Positions 20,615 through 31,225 of a stretch of DNA of 64,000 nucleotides are shown piece after piece (position 1 is the first letter of the stretch; the number at the start of each line of letters is the position of its first letter). The position numbers and the translations under genes are program-made. This DNA is from Tenacibaculum sp. GTDB taxonomy: Bacteria > Bacteroidota > Bacteroidia > Flavobacteriales > Flavobacteriaceae. The notes beneath the pieces were generated by a model. The model had not been told where the DNA came from. It saw only the letters and a program-made list of their open reading frames with translations, and did no database searches. The stretch spans positions 134,693 through 198,692 of the forward strand of contig JAGYHQ010000001.1 of the NCBI GenBank assembly GCA_018456245.1. The letters run 5' to 3'.

Positions 20615-23600
20615 TTATTCTTCTAATTTAACGTCTAATCCTAAACCTTTTAGTTCGTGCATTAATACATTAAATGATTCTGGTAACCCTGGTTCTGGCA
20701 TTGGTTCACCTTTAACAATACTTTCGTAAGTTTTAGCTCTACCCATAACATCATCAGACTTAACGGTTAAGATTTCTCTTAAGATACTTGATGCTCCATA
20801 GGCTTCAAGTGCCCATACCTCCATTTCTCCAAAACGCTGACCACCAAATTGTGCCTTACCTCCTAATGGTTGTTGTGTAATTAATGAGTAAGGACCTATA
20901 GAACGTGCGTGCATCTTATCTTCAATCATATGACCTAACTTAATCATATAAATTACCCCAACTGTTGCAGGCTGATCAAAACGTTTACCTGTACCTCCAT
21001 CATATAAATATGTATGACCAAATCTTGGAATTCCTGCTTTATCAGTTAATTCATTAATTTGTTCTAATGATGCTCCATCAAAAATTGGTGTTGCATATTT
21101 CTGACCTAATTTTTGACCTGCCCAACCAAGAACAGTTTCATAAATCTGACCAATATTCATACGAGATGGTACCCCTAATGGGTTTAATACAATATCAACA
21201 GGCGTTCCATCTTCTAAGAAAGGCATATCTTCCTGACGAACGATACGAGCAACAATACCTTTGTTACCGTGACGTCCTGCCATTTTATCCCCTACTTTTA
21301 ATTTACGTTTTTTAGCAACATAAATTTTAGCTAATTTTAATATACCTGCTGGTAATTCATCTCCTACTGAAATAGTAAACTTCTCACGACGTAAAACTCC
21401 TTGTAAGTCATTTACTTTAATTTTATAGTTATGAACTAACTCATTTATTAACTCATTTAATTCTTTATCAGTCGTCCATACCCCACTTAAATGTGTAAAA
21501 TCACTAATAGAATTTAACATTTTTTGAGTGAATTTCTTTCCTTTAGGGAAAACTTCCTCTCCTAAATCATTAAATACTCCTTGAGATGTTTTTCCGTTTA
21601 CTAAACCAAATAACTTCTCTACTAATTTATCTTTTAGCTCTTCAAATTTAGATACAAAAGAAGCTTCTAAAGTAGCAATAGCCTCTTTATCTCTTGCTCT
21701 TTTATTCTTATCTTTTACAGCTCTTTTAAATAATTTTTTACCAATTACTACACCTCTTAATGATGGAGAAGCTTTTAATGATGCATCTTTTACATCTCCT
21801 GCTTTATCTCCAAAGATAGCACGTAATAATTTTTCTTCTGGTGTTGGATCAGATTCTCCTTTTGGTGTAATTTTACCTATTAAAATATCACCTGGTTTTA
21901 CTTCTGCACCAATTCTAATCATTCCGTTTTCATCAAGATCTTTAGTTGTCTCTTCAGAAACGTTAGGAATATCATTAGTTAATTCTTCACTACCTAATTT
22001 TGTATCACGAACATCTAAAGAATACTCATCTATATGAATAGATGTAAATATATCTTCACGAACAACTCTTTCAGAAATTACAATCGCATCCTCAAAGTTA
22101 TACCCTTTCCAAGGCATAAAGGCTACTTTCATATTTCTTCCTAAAGCTAACTCTCCTTGTTGTGTTGCATAACCCTCACAAAGAACTTGTCCTTCCTCAA
22201 CTCTATCTCCAACTTTTACAATTGGTTTTAAGTTAATATTTGTTCCTTGGTTAGTTTTTCTAAATTTAATTAGATTATATGTTTTCTCGTCTGGGTCAAA
22301 ACTTACCAAACGTTCCTCTTCTGTTCTATCGTATTTAATAATGATTTTATTTGCATCTACATATTCAACTGTACCTGCTCCTTCTGCATTTATTAATATA
22401 CGGGAATCTTTAGCCACCCTACGTTCTAAACCTGTACCAACAATTGGAGATTCAGGACGTAATAATGGTACTGCTTGACGCATCATGTTAGATCCCATCA
22501 ACGCACGGTTTGCATCATCATGCTCTAAGAAAGGAATTAAAGATGCTGAAATTGATGCAATCTGGTTAGGAGCAACATCTGTAAAATCAACCTCTTTCGG
22601 GCTAATTACAGGGAAATCTCCCTCTTCCTTAACAACTACTCTATCTACAGTAATTTGTCCGTCTTCTGATACAGGAGTATTTGATTGAGCAATTTTCTTA
22701 CCTTCTTCCTCTTCTGCACTTAAATAAATAGGATCTTGTGCTAAAACTTTTCCATCCTTAACCTCTTTATATGGTGTTTCAATGAATCCCATACTATTAA
22801 CCTTAGCAAATACAGCTAATGATGAAATAAGTCCAATATTTGGTCCTTCAGGTGTTTCAATAGGACATAATCTTCCGTAGTGAGTATAATGAACATCACG
22901 AACCTCAAATCCTGCTCTTTCTCTTGATAAACCTCCAGGTCCTAAAGCCGATAACCTACGCTTATGTGTAATCTCTGCTAATGGATTGGTTTGATCCATA
23001 AACTGAGATAACTGGTTTGTACCAAAGAATGAATTAATTACTGATGATAATGTTTTTGCATTAATCAAATCTATCGGTGTAAATACCTCATTGTCACGCA
23101 CATTCATTCTTTCACGAATAGTACGAGCCATACGAGCTAAACCAACTCCAAACTGTCCTGCTAATTGCTCTCCAACAGTTTTAACACGACGGTTAGATAA
23201 GTGGTCAATATCATCTACCTCTGCTTTAGAGTTAATTAATTCTATTAAATATTTTACAATGGTAATTATATCGTTTTTAGTTAATACTTTTTGGTCCATA
23301 TCTTCATCTAAACCAAGTTTTGTATTCATTCTAAAACGACCTACTTCACCTAAATTATAACGTTGCTCTGAGAAAAATAATTTTTCAATAATTCCTCTTG
23401 CTGTTTCCTCATCTGGCGGTTCAGCATTACGTAATTGTCTATATATATGCTCTACAGCCTCTTTCTCAGAGTTTGTAGGGTCTTTTTGTAATGTATTGTG
23501 AATAATTGCATAATCACCAAGCTGATTACCTTCTTTGTGCAGTAAAATAGTTTTTGCTCCTGCATCAATTATTTCATCAACATGTTCTTTTTCTAAAATT

Positions 23601-24424
23601 GTATCACGGTCAAAAATAATTTCGTTACGTTCAATAGATACTACTTCTCCTGTATCTTCATCTACGAAATCTTCAAACCAAGTTTTTAAAACTCTTGCTG
23701 CTAATTTTCTTCCTAATACTTTTTTTAATCCAGCTTTAGAAACCTTAACTTCTTCAGCTAAATCAAAAATTTCTAATATATCTTTATCTCTTTCAAAACC
23801 AATGGCTCTAAATAACGTTGTTACTGGTAATTTTTTCTTTCTATCAATATAAGCATACATTACTTGATTGATATCGGTAGCAAATTCTATCCAAGATCCT
23901 TTAAATGGAATTACTCTTGCTGAATATAATTTAGTTCCGTTTGCATGGAAAGATTGCCCAAAGAATACCCCTGGAGAACGATGTAATTGAGATACAACAA
24001 CTCTTTCTGCTCCATTAATAATAAATGTACCAGAATTTGTCATATATGGTATTGTACCTAAATATACATCTTGCACAATTGTTTCAAAATCTTCATGTTC
24101 AGGGTCTGTACAGTATAGTTTTAACCTTGCTTTTAAAGGAACGCTATACGTTAAACCTCTTTCAATACATTCTTGAATACTGTATCGTGGTGGGTCTACA
24201 AAATAATCTAAAAATTCTAAAACGAATTGATTACGAGTATCCGTGATTGGAAAGTTGTCCATAAAGGTTTTATACAACCCTTCTTCACCTCGCTCTTCTG
24301 CTTTTGTTTGTAATTGGAAAAAATCTTGAAAAGATTTTACTTGAATATCCAAAAAATCTGGATACTCTGTTCCTAACCGTGATGATGCGAAGTTGATTCT
24401 TTCAGTAGTGTTTATAGTTGCCAA
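20615..24424 (-). CDS. rpoB: DNA-directed RNA polymerase beta subunit
   Basis: [23 protein letters not shown] and GGQRFGEME motifs; TTG start. Confidence 0.99.
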   Translation of the reverse strand: MATINTTERINFASSRLGTEYPDFLDIQVKSFQDFFQLQTKAEERGEEGLYKTFMDNFPITDTRNQFVLEFLDYFVDPPRYSIQECIERGLTYSVPLKARLKLYCTDPEHEDFETIVQDVYLGTIPYMTNSGTFIINGAERVVVSQLHRSPGVFFGQSFHANGTKLYSARVIPFKGSWIEFATDINQVMYAYIDRKKKLPVTTLFRAIGFERDKDILEIFDLAEEVKVSKAGLKKVLGRKLAARVLKTWFEDFVDEDTGEVVSIERNEIIFDRDTILEKEHVDEIIDAGAKTILLHKEGNQLGDYAIIHNTLQKDPTNSEKEAVEHIYRQLRNAEPPDEETARGIIEKLFFSEQRYNLGEVGRFRMNTKLGLDEDMDQKVLTKNDIITIVKYLIELINSKAEVDDIDHLSNRRVKTVGEQLAGQFGVGLARMARTIRERMNVRDNEVFTPIDLINAKTLSSVINSFFGTNQLSQFMDQTNPLAEITHKRRLSALGPGGLSRERAGFEVRDVHYTHYGRLCPIETPEGPNIGLISSLAVFAKVNSMGFIETPYKEVKDGKVLAQDPIYLSAEEEEGKKIAQSNTPVSEDGQITVDRVVVKEEGDFPVISPKEVDFTDVAPNQIASISASLIPFLEHDDANRALMGSNMMRQAVPLLRPESPIVGTGLERRVAKDSRILINAEGAGTVEYVDANKIIIKYDRTEEERLVSFDPDEKTYNLIKFRKTNQGTNINLKPIVKVGDRVEEGQVLCEGYATQQGELALGRNMKVAFMPWKGYNFEDAIVISERVVREDIFTSIHIDEYSLDVRDTKLGSEELTNDIPNVSEETTKDLDENGMIRIGAEVKPGDILIGKITPKGESDPTPEEKLLRAIFGDKAGDVKDASLKASPSLRGVVIGKKLFKRAVKDKNKRARDKEAIATLEASFVSKFEELKDKLVEKLFGLVNGKTSQGVFNDLGEEVFPKGKKFTQKMLNSISDFTHLSGVWTTDKELNELINELVHNYKIKVNDLQGVLRREKFTISVGDELPAGILKLAKIYVAKKRKLKVGDKMAGRHGNKGIVARIVRQEDMPFLEDGTPVDIVLNPLGVPSRMNIGQIYETVLGWAGQKLGQKYATPIFDGASLEQINELTDKAGIPRFGHTYLYDGGTGKRFDQPATVGVIYMIKLGHMIEDKMHARSIGPYSLITQQPLGGKAQFGGQRFGEMEVWALEAYGASSILREILTVKSDDVMGRAKTYESIVKGEPMPEPGLPESFNVLMHELKGLGLDVKLEE

Positions 24425-24662
24425 AGAGAATATATTTTTAAATTAAAAATAATTTTTTTTCAAAACTTTTATAAAAGTTTTTTTGCAATTTTAATTGCAA
24501 TAATTGAGTACTAAAATACTCAACTAATAATAAACGTAAAATCACAAACTAAAATTTGTGATAAATAAAACGAATATATGCACAAAATGGTTTAGGGCTA
24601 AAAAATACATTTTAGCACCTAAACCTTTATTGTTTATCCCGATTATTAATCGGGAAAGTAGA

Positions 24663-25040
24663 TTATTTTAACTCTACTTCAGCTCCTGCTTCTTCTAAAG
24701 ATGCTTTAAGACCTTCAGCCTCATCTTTAGAAACTCCTTCTTTTACAGGTGCTGGAGCACTATCTACGATACCTTTAGCTTCTTTTAATCCTAAACCAGT
24801 TAATTCTTTAACTAATTTTACAACTGCTAATTTAGAACCTCCTGCTGCTTTTAAAATTACATCGTATTCTGATTTTTCTTCAGCACCAGCGTCTCCTCCT
24901 GCTGCTGCTCCACCTGCTACTGCTACTGCAGCTGCTGCTGGTTCAATACCGTATTCTTCTTTTAAAATATCAGCTAATTCATTAACCTCTTTTACTGTTA
25001 AGTTAACTAATTGTTCTGCGAAATCTTTTAAATCTGCCAT
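24663..25040 (-). CDS. rplL: 50S ribosomal protein L7/L12
   Basis: AAAAVAVA hinge and [20 protein letters not shown]. Confidence 0.99.
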   Translation of the reverse strand: MADLKDFAEQLVNLTVKEVNELADILKEEYGIEPAAAAVAVAGGAAAGGDAGAEEKSEYDVILKAAGGSKLAVVKLVKELTGLGLKEAKGIVDSAPAPVKEGVSKDEAEGLKASLEEAGAEVELK

Positions 25041-25090
25041 TTTACTTGTTTTTAAAAATTTTTATTATTTAGTTTTATTAGTGCGCGTAA

Positions 25091-25606
25091 TTATTTTTCT
25101 GATAATGTTTTCAAGATACCTGCTAACTTACCTCCTCCAGACTTAAGACCTGAAATAACGTTTTTAGCTGGAGATTGTAATAATCCAATGATTTCTCCAA
25201 TAAGTTCTTCTCTTGATTTAATGTTTACAAGTGCATCTAATTGGTTATCACCAATGTAAATAGACTCTTCAACAAAAGCACCTTTTAACACAGGTTTATC
25301 AGACTTTTTTCTAAACTCTTTAATTACCTTTGCTGGTGCATTTGCAACATCAGAAATCATTATTGAAGTATTACCTTTTAATATTGTTGGTAACTCTCCA
25401 AAATCTTTATCAGAAGCCTCCATTGCTTTTTCTAACAATGTATTCTTCACAACAGCCAATTGTACGTTTGCTTTAAAGCAAGCTCTACGTAAGTTAGATG
25501 TAGTTAATGCATCTAAACCAGAAATATCTGCTAAATAGATGGTATTATTATCTGCTAACTTTGCTGTTAAATCTTTTATTATTTGTGATTTTTCTTCTCT
25601 ATTCAT
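25091..25606 (-). CDS. rplJ: 50S ribosomal protein L10
   Basis: VVKNTLLEKA and SREELIGEIIGLLQSPA motifs; located between rplA and rplL. Confidence 0.98.
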   Translation of the reverse strand: MNREEKSQIIKDLTAKLADNNTIYLADISGLDALTTSNLRRACFKANVQLAVVKNTLLEKAMEASDKDFGELPTILKGNTSIMISDVANAPAKVIKEFRKKSDKPVLKGAFVEESIYIGDNQLDALVNIKSREELIGEIIGLLQSPAKNVISGLKSGGGKLAGILKTLSEK

Positions 25607-25626
25607 AATCTATAAATTTAACTGCC

Positions 25627-26319
25627 TTACGAAACAGATTTTACATCTACAGCTACACTAGGACTCATTGTTGAAGAAATAAAAATACTCTTAATATAAG
25701 TTCCTTTAGCTGCCGTTGGCTTTAATTTTAATATCGTTTGAAGTAATTCATTTGCATTATCTGCAATTTTATTAGCATCAAAAGACACTTTTCCAATTGC
25801 TGCATGAATAATACCTGTTTTATCAACTTTAAAGTCAATTTTACCAGATTTTACTTCATTTACTGCTTTAGCAATGTCCATTGTTACTGTACCTGTTTTT
25901 GGATTAGGCATTAAACCTCTTGGTCCTAAAACACGACCTAAAGGACCTAATTTACCCATAACACTAGGCATTGTAATAATAACATCAACATCAGTCCATC
26001 CTCCTTTAATTTTTTGAAGGTACTCATCTAATCCTACATAATCAGCACCCGCTTCTTTAGCTTCTGCTTCTTTATCAGGAGTAACTAATGCTAAAACTCT
26101 TACATCTTTACCTGTTCCGTGTGGTAATGTTACAACCCCACGTACCATTTGATTTGCTTTACGAGGATCTACCCCTAAACGTACAGCTAAATCTACTGAT
26201 GCATCAAACTTTACATTAGTAATTTCTTTTACTAAGGCAGACGCTTCCTTTAAGTCATAAACTTTAGAGCTATCTATCTTAGCATAAGCCTCTTTCTGCT
26301 TTTTTGTTAATTTTGCCAT
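25627..26319 (-). CDS. rplA: 50S ribosomal protein L1
   Basis: [19 protein letters not shown] and [16 protein letters not shown]. Confidence 0.99.
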   Translation of the reverse strand: MAKLTKKQKEAYAKIDSSKVYDLKEASALVKEITNVKFDASVDLAVRLGVDPRKANQMVRGVVTLPHGTGKDVRVLALVTPDKEAEAKEAGADYVGLDEYLQKIKGGWTDVDVIITMPSVMGKLGPLGRVLGPRGLMPNPKTGTVTMDIAKAVNEVKSGKIDFKVDKTGIIHAAIGKVSFDANKIADNANELLQTILKLKPTAAKGTYIKSIFISSTMSPSVAVDVKSVS

Positions 26320-26339
26320 TTCTAAATATCTTTTAAAGT

Positions 26340-26777
26340 TTATGCAGGTGCATCACCTGTTACTGTTATTCCCATAGATCTAGCAGTTCCTGCAATCATT
26401 TTCATTGCTGACTCAACTTCAAAGGCATTCATATCTACCATTTTGTCTTCAGCAATTGTACGAATTTGATCCCAAGAAACTTTCGCTACTTTCTTTCTAT
26501 TAGGTTCTCCTGAACCTTTTTTAACCTTGGTCGCTTCTAATAATTGTACTGCAACCGGTGGTGTTTTTACAACAAAATCAAAAGATTTGTCTTTATAAAC
26601 GGTAATAACAACAGGTAAAACTTTACCTTGTTTGTCCTGTGTACGAGCATTAAACTGCTTACAGAACTCCATTATATTAACACCGGCAGCACCTAAAGCG
26701 GGTCCAACTGGTGGCGATGGATTCGCAGCACCTCCCCTAACTTGTAGTTTAACTAATTTACTTACTTCTTTTGCCAT
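26340..26777 (-). CDS. rplK: 50S ribosomal protein L11
   Basis: [14 protein letters not shown] and IAGTARSMG. Confidence 0.99.
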   Translation of the reverse strand: MAKEVSKLVKLQVRGGAANPSPPVGPALGAAGVNIMEFCKQFNARTQDKQGKVLPVVITVYKDKSFDFVVKTPPVAVQLLEATKVKKGSGEPNRKKVAKVSWDQIRTIAEDKMVDMNAFEVESAMKMIAGTARSMGITVTGDAPA

Positions 26778-26846
26778 TGTTTTAAATTTAACTAGTGTAT
26801 TTAAAATGGAAGCTGAAAATACACTCTATATATTAGGTTGTAACAA

Positions 26847-27398
26847 TTATATTTTTTCTACTTGCATGTAACTTAGTTCTAATGGTGTTTTTCTTCCAAA
26901 AATTTTCACCATCACTTCTAGTTTACGTTTTTCTTCATTTACATTTTCAATAGTTCCATCAAATCCATTAAAAGGACCATCTACAACTTTTACTATTTCT
27001 CCAACACTATAAGGTATAGCAACATTTTCATCTTTAACTGATAACTCATCTACTTTACCTAGCATTCTATTTACTTCAGATTTACGCATTGGCACAGGAT
27101 CTCCTCCTTTTGTTTCTCCTAAAAAACCTATAACTCCTGTTACTGATTTAATTACGTGAGGAACCTCTCCTGATAAATTAGCCTCAATCATAACATAACC
27201 AGGAAAATAAACTCTTTCTCTGTTTATTTTCTTACCATTTCTAACCTGAACAACTTTTTCTGTAGGAACTATTACTTGAGCAACATAATCAGATAAACCC
27301 ACACGAGAAATCTCAGTTTCAATATAGTTTTTAACTTTATTTTCCTGTCCCCCTATAGCTCTAACAACATACCATTTCATCACCGAATCAGCCATCAT
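26847..27398 (-). CDS. nusG: Transcription termination/antitermination factor NusG
   Basis: WYVV, FPGYV, and KOW motif VKVVDGPFNGF...IFGRKTP. Confidence 0.98.
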   Translation of the reverse strand: MMADSVMKWYVVRAIGGQENKVKNYIETEISRVGLSDYVAQVIVPTEKVVQVRNGKKINRERVYFPGYVMIEANLSGEVPHVIKSVTGVIGFLGETKGGDPVPMRKSEVNRMLGKVDELSVKDENVAIPYSVGEIVKVVDGPFNGFDGTIENVNEEKRKLEVMVKIFGRKTPLELSYMQVEKI

Positions 27399-27586
27399 TA
27401 AAACATTTTAAAGAAATTACTCAATCCTGTTTGAAAAACTTTATCAATAACTGCTACCACCACCGCAAAAACGATTGTAAAAACAGCAACTACTACAGTT
27501 GATTTTTGAGCATCTTCACGAGAAATCCAAGACACATTAGTGTTTAATTCCTCAAAAGACTCCTTGATATATTGTATAATATTCAT
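27398..27586 (-). CDS. secE: Preprotein translocase subunit SecE
   Basis: ESFEEL..NVSW plus one TM helix; located between tRNA-Trp and nusG. Confidence 0.93.
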   Translation of the reverse strand: MNIIQYIKESFEELNTNVSWISREDAQKSTVVVAVFTIVFAVVVAVIDKVFQTGLSNFFKMF

Positions 27587-27671
27587 GCGTTACTTTAATA
27601 ATTTACACAAATTAAAAAAACTCTTAAAACATCTAAGAATTCCTCTTAAAATTTGTCCTTATTTTTACTTG

Positions 27672-27744
27672 CACGGGTTGAGAGACTCGAACTCCCGACA
27701 CCTGGTTTTGGAGACCAGTGCTCTACCAACTGAGCTAAACCCGT
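27672..27744 (-). tRNA. tRNA-Trp(CCA)
   Basis: Cloverleaf with acceptor ACGGGTT/AACCCGT, anticodon stem-loop ctggt-ctCCAaa-accag, and TTCGA T-loop. Confidence 0.97.
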
Positions 27745-27749
27745 ATCAC

Positions 27750-27783
27750 AAAAGTATTCCGACATAAAAATCGGAATACTTTT
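27750..27783 (-). terminator. Hairpin/terminator after tuf
   Basis: aaaagtattccga / tcggaatactttt inverted repeat between tuf and tRNA-Trp. Confidence 0.6.
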
Positions 27784-27804
27784 AATATATAATTAAACTT
27801 AATA

Positions 27805-28992
27805 TTAGTCTAAAATTTCAGTTACCTGACCAGCTCCTACTGTACGTCCTCCTTCACGGATTGCGAACTGTAAACCAATATTTAATGCGATTGGCTGGAT
27901 TAAGTCAACAGTAATAGTTAAGTTATCACCTGGCATTACCATATCTACTCCGTCAGGTAAATTAATAGTACCTGTTACGTCAGTTGTACGTACGTAGAAC
28001 TGTGGACGGTAGTTTTTGTGGAATGGCGTGTGACGACCACCTTCTTCTTTTTTCAAGATATAAACCTCAGCTTTAAACTTAGCGTGTGGAGTAATTGAAC
28101 CTGGTTTACAGATTACCATACCTCTCTTGATATCAGTTTTTTCAATACCTCTTAATAAGATACCTGCGTTATCTCCAGCCTCACCTCTATCTAAGATTTG
28201 ACGGAACATTTCAATACCTGTTACAGTAGAAGTTAATTTTTCTTCTCCCATACCAATAATTTCAACAGGATCTCCAGTATTAACAATACCTGTCTCGATA
28301 CGTCCAGTTGCTACTGTACCACGACCTGTAATTGAGAATACATCCTCGATAGGCATTAAGAATGGCTTTTCAGTATCACGTGGTGGCTCTTCAATCCAAG
28401 TATCAACAGCTTTCATTAATTCTAAAACTGTATCAACCCATTTTTGCTCTCCGTTTAAAGCTCCTAAAGCAGAACCAGCAATTACAGGACCATTATCCCC
28501 ATCATACTCATAGAAAGATAATAAATCTCTAACCTCCATTTCTACTAACTCTAATAATTCCTCATCATCTACCATATCAACTTTGTTTAAGAAAACAACG
28601 ATACGAGGAATACCTACCTGACGTCCTAATAAGATGTGCTCACGAGTTTGTGGCATTGGACCATCAGTTGCAGCTACTACTAAAATAGCTCCATCCATTT
28701 GAGCCGCACCAGTTACCATGTTCTTTACATAATCCGCGTGACCTGGACAGTCAACGTGTGCATAGTGACGGTTTTCAGTAGCGTACTCAATATGAGAAGA
28801 GTTAATTGTAATACCTCTTTCTTTTTCCTCTGGAGCATTATCAATTTGATCAAAATCTCTCTTTTCAGAAAAACCTGCATCAGCTAATACTTTACTAATT
28901 GCAGCTGTTAAAGTTGTTTTACCGTGATCTACGTGTCCGATTGTACCAACGTTTAAGTGTGGTTTCGAACGGTCAAAAGTTCCTTTTGCCAT
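27805..28992 (-). CDS. tuf: Elongation factor Tu
   Basis: [14 protein letters not shown] and RGITIN motifs; 395 aa. Confidence 0.99.
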   Translation of the reverse strand: MAKGTFDRSKPHLNVGTIGHVDHGKTTLTAAISKVLADAGFSEKRDFDQIDNAPEEKERGITINSSHIEYATENRHYAHVDCPGHADYVKNMVTGAAQMDGAILVVAATDGPMPQTREHILLGRQVGIPRIVVFLNKVDMVDDEELLELVEMEVRDLLSFYEYDGDNGPVIAGSALGALNGEQKWVDTVLELMKAVDTWIEEPPRDTEKPFLMPIEDVFSITGRGTVATGRIETGIVNTGDPVEIIGMGEEKLTSTVTGIEMFRQILDRGEAGDNAGILLRGIEKTDIKRGMVICKPGSITPHAKFKAEVYILKKEEGGRHTPFHKNYRPQFYVRTTDVTGTINLPDGVDMVMPGDNLTITVDLIQPIALNIGLQFAIREGGRTVGAGQVTEILD

Positions 28993-29065
28993 GATTATTA
29001 ATTTTAATTCTTTTTAGTTAAATATATTTAGTGTTATTTTAATTTTATGACCCCCACTACTATAG

Positions 29066-29138
29066 AGCCAATGACGGGATTTGAACCCGTGACCTCATCC
29101 CTACCAAGGATGCGCTCTACCAACTGAGCTACACCGGC
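29066..29138 (-). tRNA. tRNA-Thr(GGT)
   Basis: Acceptor GCCGGTG/CATTGGC and anticodon arm catcc-ttGGTag-ggatg. Confidence 0.96.
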
Positions 29139-29191
29139 CTAATTAGGTCATAAGGTAAATAAAGCTAAATATACTTAGCTTTATTATTTTG

Positions 29192-29264
29192 AGCGGGAGA
29201 CCGGGTTCGAACCGGCGACATTCAGCTTGGAAGGCTGACGCTCTACCAACTGAGCTACTCCCGC
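29192..29264 (-). tRNA. tRNA-Gly(TCC)
   Basis: Acceptor GCGGGAG/CTCCCGC, anticodon TCC, TTCGA T-loop. Confidence 0.97.
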
Positions 29265-29299
29265 TTTTTATTTTAGAAAATTCTAAAACATCATTATTG

Positions 29300-29382
29300 T
29301 GGGGAGAGCAGGATTCGAACCTGCGAAGTCGAAAGACAACGGAGTTACAGTCCGTCCCATTTGGCCGCTCTGGAATCTCCCC
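29300..29382 (-). tRNA. tRNA-Tyr(GTA)
   Basis: Acceptor GGGGAGA/TCTCCCC, anticodon arm acgga-ctGTAac-tccgt, long variable arm. Confidence 0.97.
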
Positions 29383-29427
29383 TATTTTTTTATTACAGTA
29401 CTTAAAAAGAACTTTATTTTCTCTTAG

Positions 29428-29501
29428 AGCCGATGGAGGGACTCGAACCCACGACCTGCTGATTACAAATCAGCTGCTCTAGCCAGCTGAGCTACATCGG
29501 C
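29428..29501 (-). tRNA. tRNA-Thr(TGT)
   Basis: Acceptor GCCGATG/CATCGGC and anticodon arm gctga-ttTGTaa-tcagc. Confidence 0.96.
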
Positions 29502-29539
29502 TTTAACCTAAACAAAAAACCGTCATTCACAACGGACTG

Positions 29540-29547
29540 CAAATGTA
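29540..29547 (-). promoter_or_regulatory. -7 element (TACATTTG) for the tRNA-tuf operon
   Basis: TAnnTTTG match about 40 nt upstream of tRNA-Thr(TGT). Confidence 0.6.
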
Positions 29548-29608
29548 TAAAGTTATTTTGACTTTTTAAAATTTTTTTTTAAAAACTTTTCATTCATCAA
29601 TTTAAACA

Positions 29609-29908
29609 TTAAGAAGCTCTTTGTTTTTCTTTATTCTTCTTAACTTGTCGCTTTAATGATTCTATACAAACAGATACTCCTTCTTCAAATGTTTTTGTCT
29701 CTTTTTTAACCACTAATTCAGAACCTGGTATATTTAATTTTATTTCTGTTACCTTGTTTTCTTTTTCACTGGTTTTAATAACTTTTAAAAAAACCTCTGA
29801 ATCTACAATTTTGTCATGAAATTTTTTTAATCCACTTACTTTTTCTTCAACAAACTTAACTAATTCTACGTCTGCTTTAAAATTTACTGATTGCACGTAT
29901 ACTTTCAT
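29609..29908 (-). CDS. hpf: Ribosome hibernation promoting factor (HPF/RaiA family)
   Basis: About 99 aa, VQSVNF...FHDKIVDSEVFL...NKVTEIKLNIPG...TFEE pattern, in the usual position upstream of the tRNA-tuf cluster. Confidence 0.85.
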   Translation of the reverse strand: MKVYVQSVNFKADVELVKFVEEKVSGLKKFHDKIVDSEVFLKVIKTSEKENKVTEIKLNIPGSELVVKKETKTFEEGVSVCIESLKRQVKKNKEKQRAS

Positions 29909-29912
29909 GATA

Positions 29913-30809
29913 TTATTTTGTTTTTTCGCTTCTGGGATGAGCTTTATTAAACACTTTTTTAAGTTGCTCTAAACTATTATGAGTATAAACTTGCGTTGCA
30001 GCTAAACTTGAATGTCCCAGCAATTCTTTAACTGAATTTAAGTCTGCACCCTGATTAAGCAAGTGCGTCGCAAATGTATGCCTTAATATATGCGGACTTT
30101 TCTTAACCTTCGTAGAGACCCCACTAAAATAAGAAATAATAATTCTATAAACAAGAGTTTCATAAATTTTAACTCCTTTTAACGTTATAAGTAAATTTTC
30201 TTCATTTTCAACAACACATTGCTTTCTTAAAACCAAATAATTATTTAATGTTTCTAACACGGAAGGCAACAAAGGAACATATCTTTCTTTATTTCTTTTC
30301 CCCAATACTTTTATGGTTTTATCATATATATTAATGTCCTTTACTTTTAAATCAACCAATTCAATACGGCGCATACCTGTTGAATAAAACAACTCAACTA
30401 TTAATTTATTTCTTATATTTGTAAAACTATCATCTTCTACATCAATACAATTTATAACATTTTTCACCTCATTTTTCGTAAACGGAACTTGCACTTTTTT
30501 TTCAGCTTTTAAAGCCTTATGTTTAGCTAAAGGATTAATCTTTACGCCTCCTGTTTTTTGAAGAAATTTATAAAATGTTTTTAAAGTTGAAATTTTTCTA
30601 TTTATAGTTCTATTTGAAATTTCTTGATTTACCATACTCACAATCCAACTTCTAATTTGATTGTAATGAATACTCGTTATATTTTCTTGATTAAATTCTG
30701 TAATACAAAAATCACGAAAAGAAATTAAATCGGTTTTATAAGCTAAAATAGTATGATTAGAGTAATTTTTCTCACACTTAAGATATTCCAAAAAAGAACT
30801 AATAAACAT
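29913..30809 (-). CDS. xerC: Tyrosine recombinase XerC-type
   Basis: Catalytic R (TGMRRIEL), K (GKRNKER), HILRH and LLGHSSLAATQVYTH; conserved rpsU-xerC-hpf context. Confidence 0.8.
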   Translation of the reverse strand: MFISSFLEYLKCEKNYSNHTILAYKTDLISFRDFCITEFNQENITSIHYNQIRSWIVSMVNQEISNRTINRKISTLKTFYKFLQKTGGVKINPLAKHKALKAEKKVQVPFTKNEVKNVINCIDVEDDSFTNIRNKLIVELFYSTGMRRIELVDLKVKDINIYDKTIKVLGKRNKERYVPLLPSVLETLNNYLVLRKQCVVENEENLLITLKGVKIYETLVYRIIISYFSGVSTKVKKSPHILRHTFATHLLNQGADLNSVKELLGHSSLAATQVYTHNSLEQLKKVFNKAHPRSEKTK

Positions 30810-30858
30810 ACTTTAAATTATTAATTGTTGATAAAAGTACCTAAAACTAATTAAAAAC

Positions 30859-30890
30859 AAAAATCCTATGCAAAATTGCATAGGATTTTT
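30859..30890 (-). terminator. Intrinsic terminator after rpsU
   Basis: aaaaatcctatgc / gcataggattttt inverted repeat. Confidence 0.8.
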
Positions 30891-30910
30891 ATATCTGTAA
30901 GTAAGAAATA

Positions 30911-31108
30911 CTATCCTACTTCTTCTTGTGTTCTTAATCTTTGAACGTAAGAAGCTTTTATTTTTTGAGCTCTGTTAGCTACTGAAGGTTTTGTGAATTG
31001 TTTACGCTCACGTAATTGTTTCATTACCTTTGTTCTGTCAAACTTACGCTTATAACGTTTTAACGCTCTATCAATATTTTCTCCTTCTTTTACTGGAATT
31101 ATTAACAT
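30911..31108 (-). CDS. rpsU: 30S ribosomal protein S21
   Basis: ENIDRALKRYKRK...RKQFTKPS. Confidence 0.97.
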   Translation of the reverse strand: MLIIPVKEGENIDRALKRYKRKFDRTKVMKQLRERKQFTKPSVANRAQKIKASYVQRLRTQEEVG

Positions 31109-31115
31109 AGTATAG

Positions 31116-31123
31116 CACCTCCC
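31116..31123 (-). promoter_or_regulatory. Strong Shine-Dalgarno sequence (GGGAGGTG) of rpsU
   Basis: Minus strand reads AAGGGAGGTG-ctatact-ATG, with a 7-nt spacer. Confidence 0.8.
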
Positions 31124-31172
31124 TTCATACGTGTATTATATATTTTAAATATTTTTCTTAATTTTAAGACCG

Positions 31173-31180
31173 CAAATATA
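31173..31180 (-). promoter_or_regulatory. -7 element (TATATTTG) for rpsU
   Basis: TAnnTTTG match about 65 nt upstream of the ATG. Confidence 0.55.
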
Positions 31181-31225
31181 CACTTTACAAATAAAAAAAC
31201 AACATTTAATATTATTTATTTTCAT

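Noticed and set aside
29913-30809. Tyrosine recombinase next to a tRNA cluster as a possible integrative element
   Set aside because: It sits in the conserved rpsU-xerC-hpf-tRNA-tuf arrangement, is XerC-sized, and I saw no att repeats or cargo genes.
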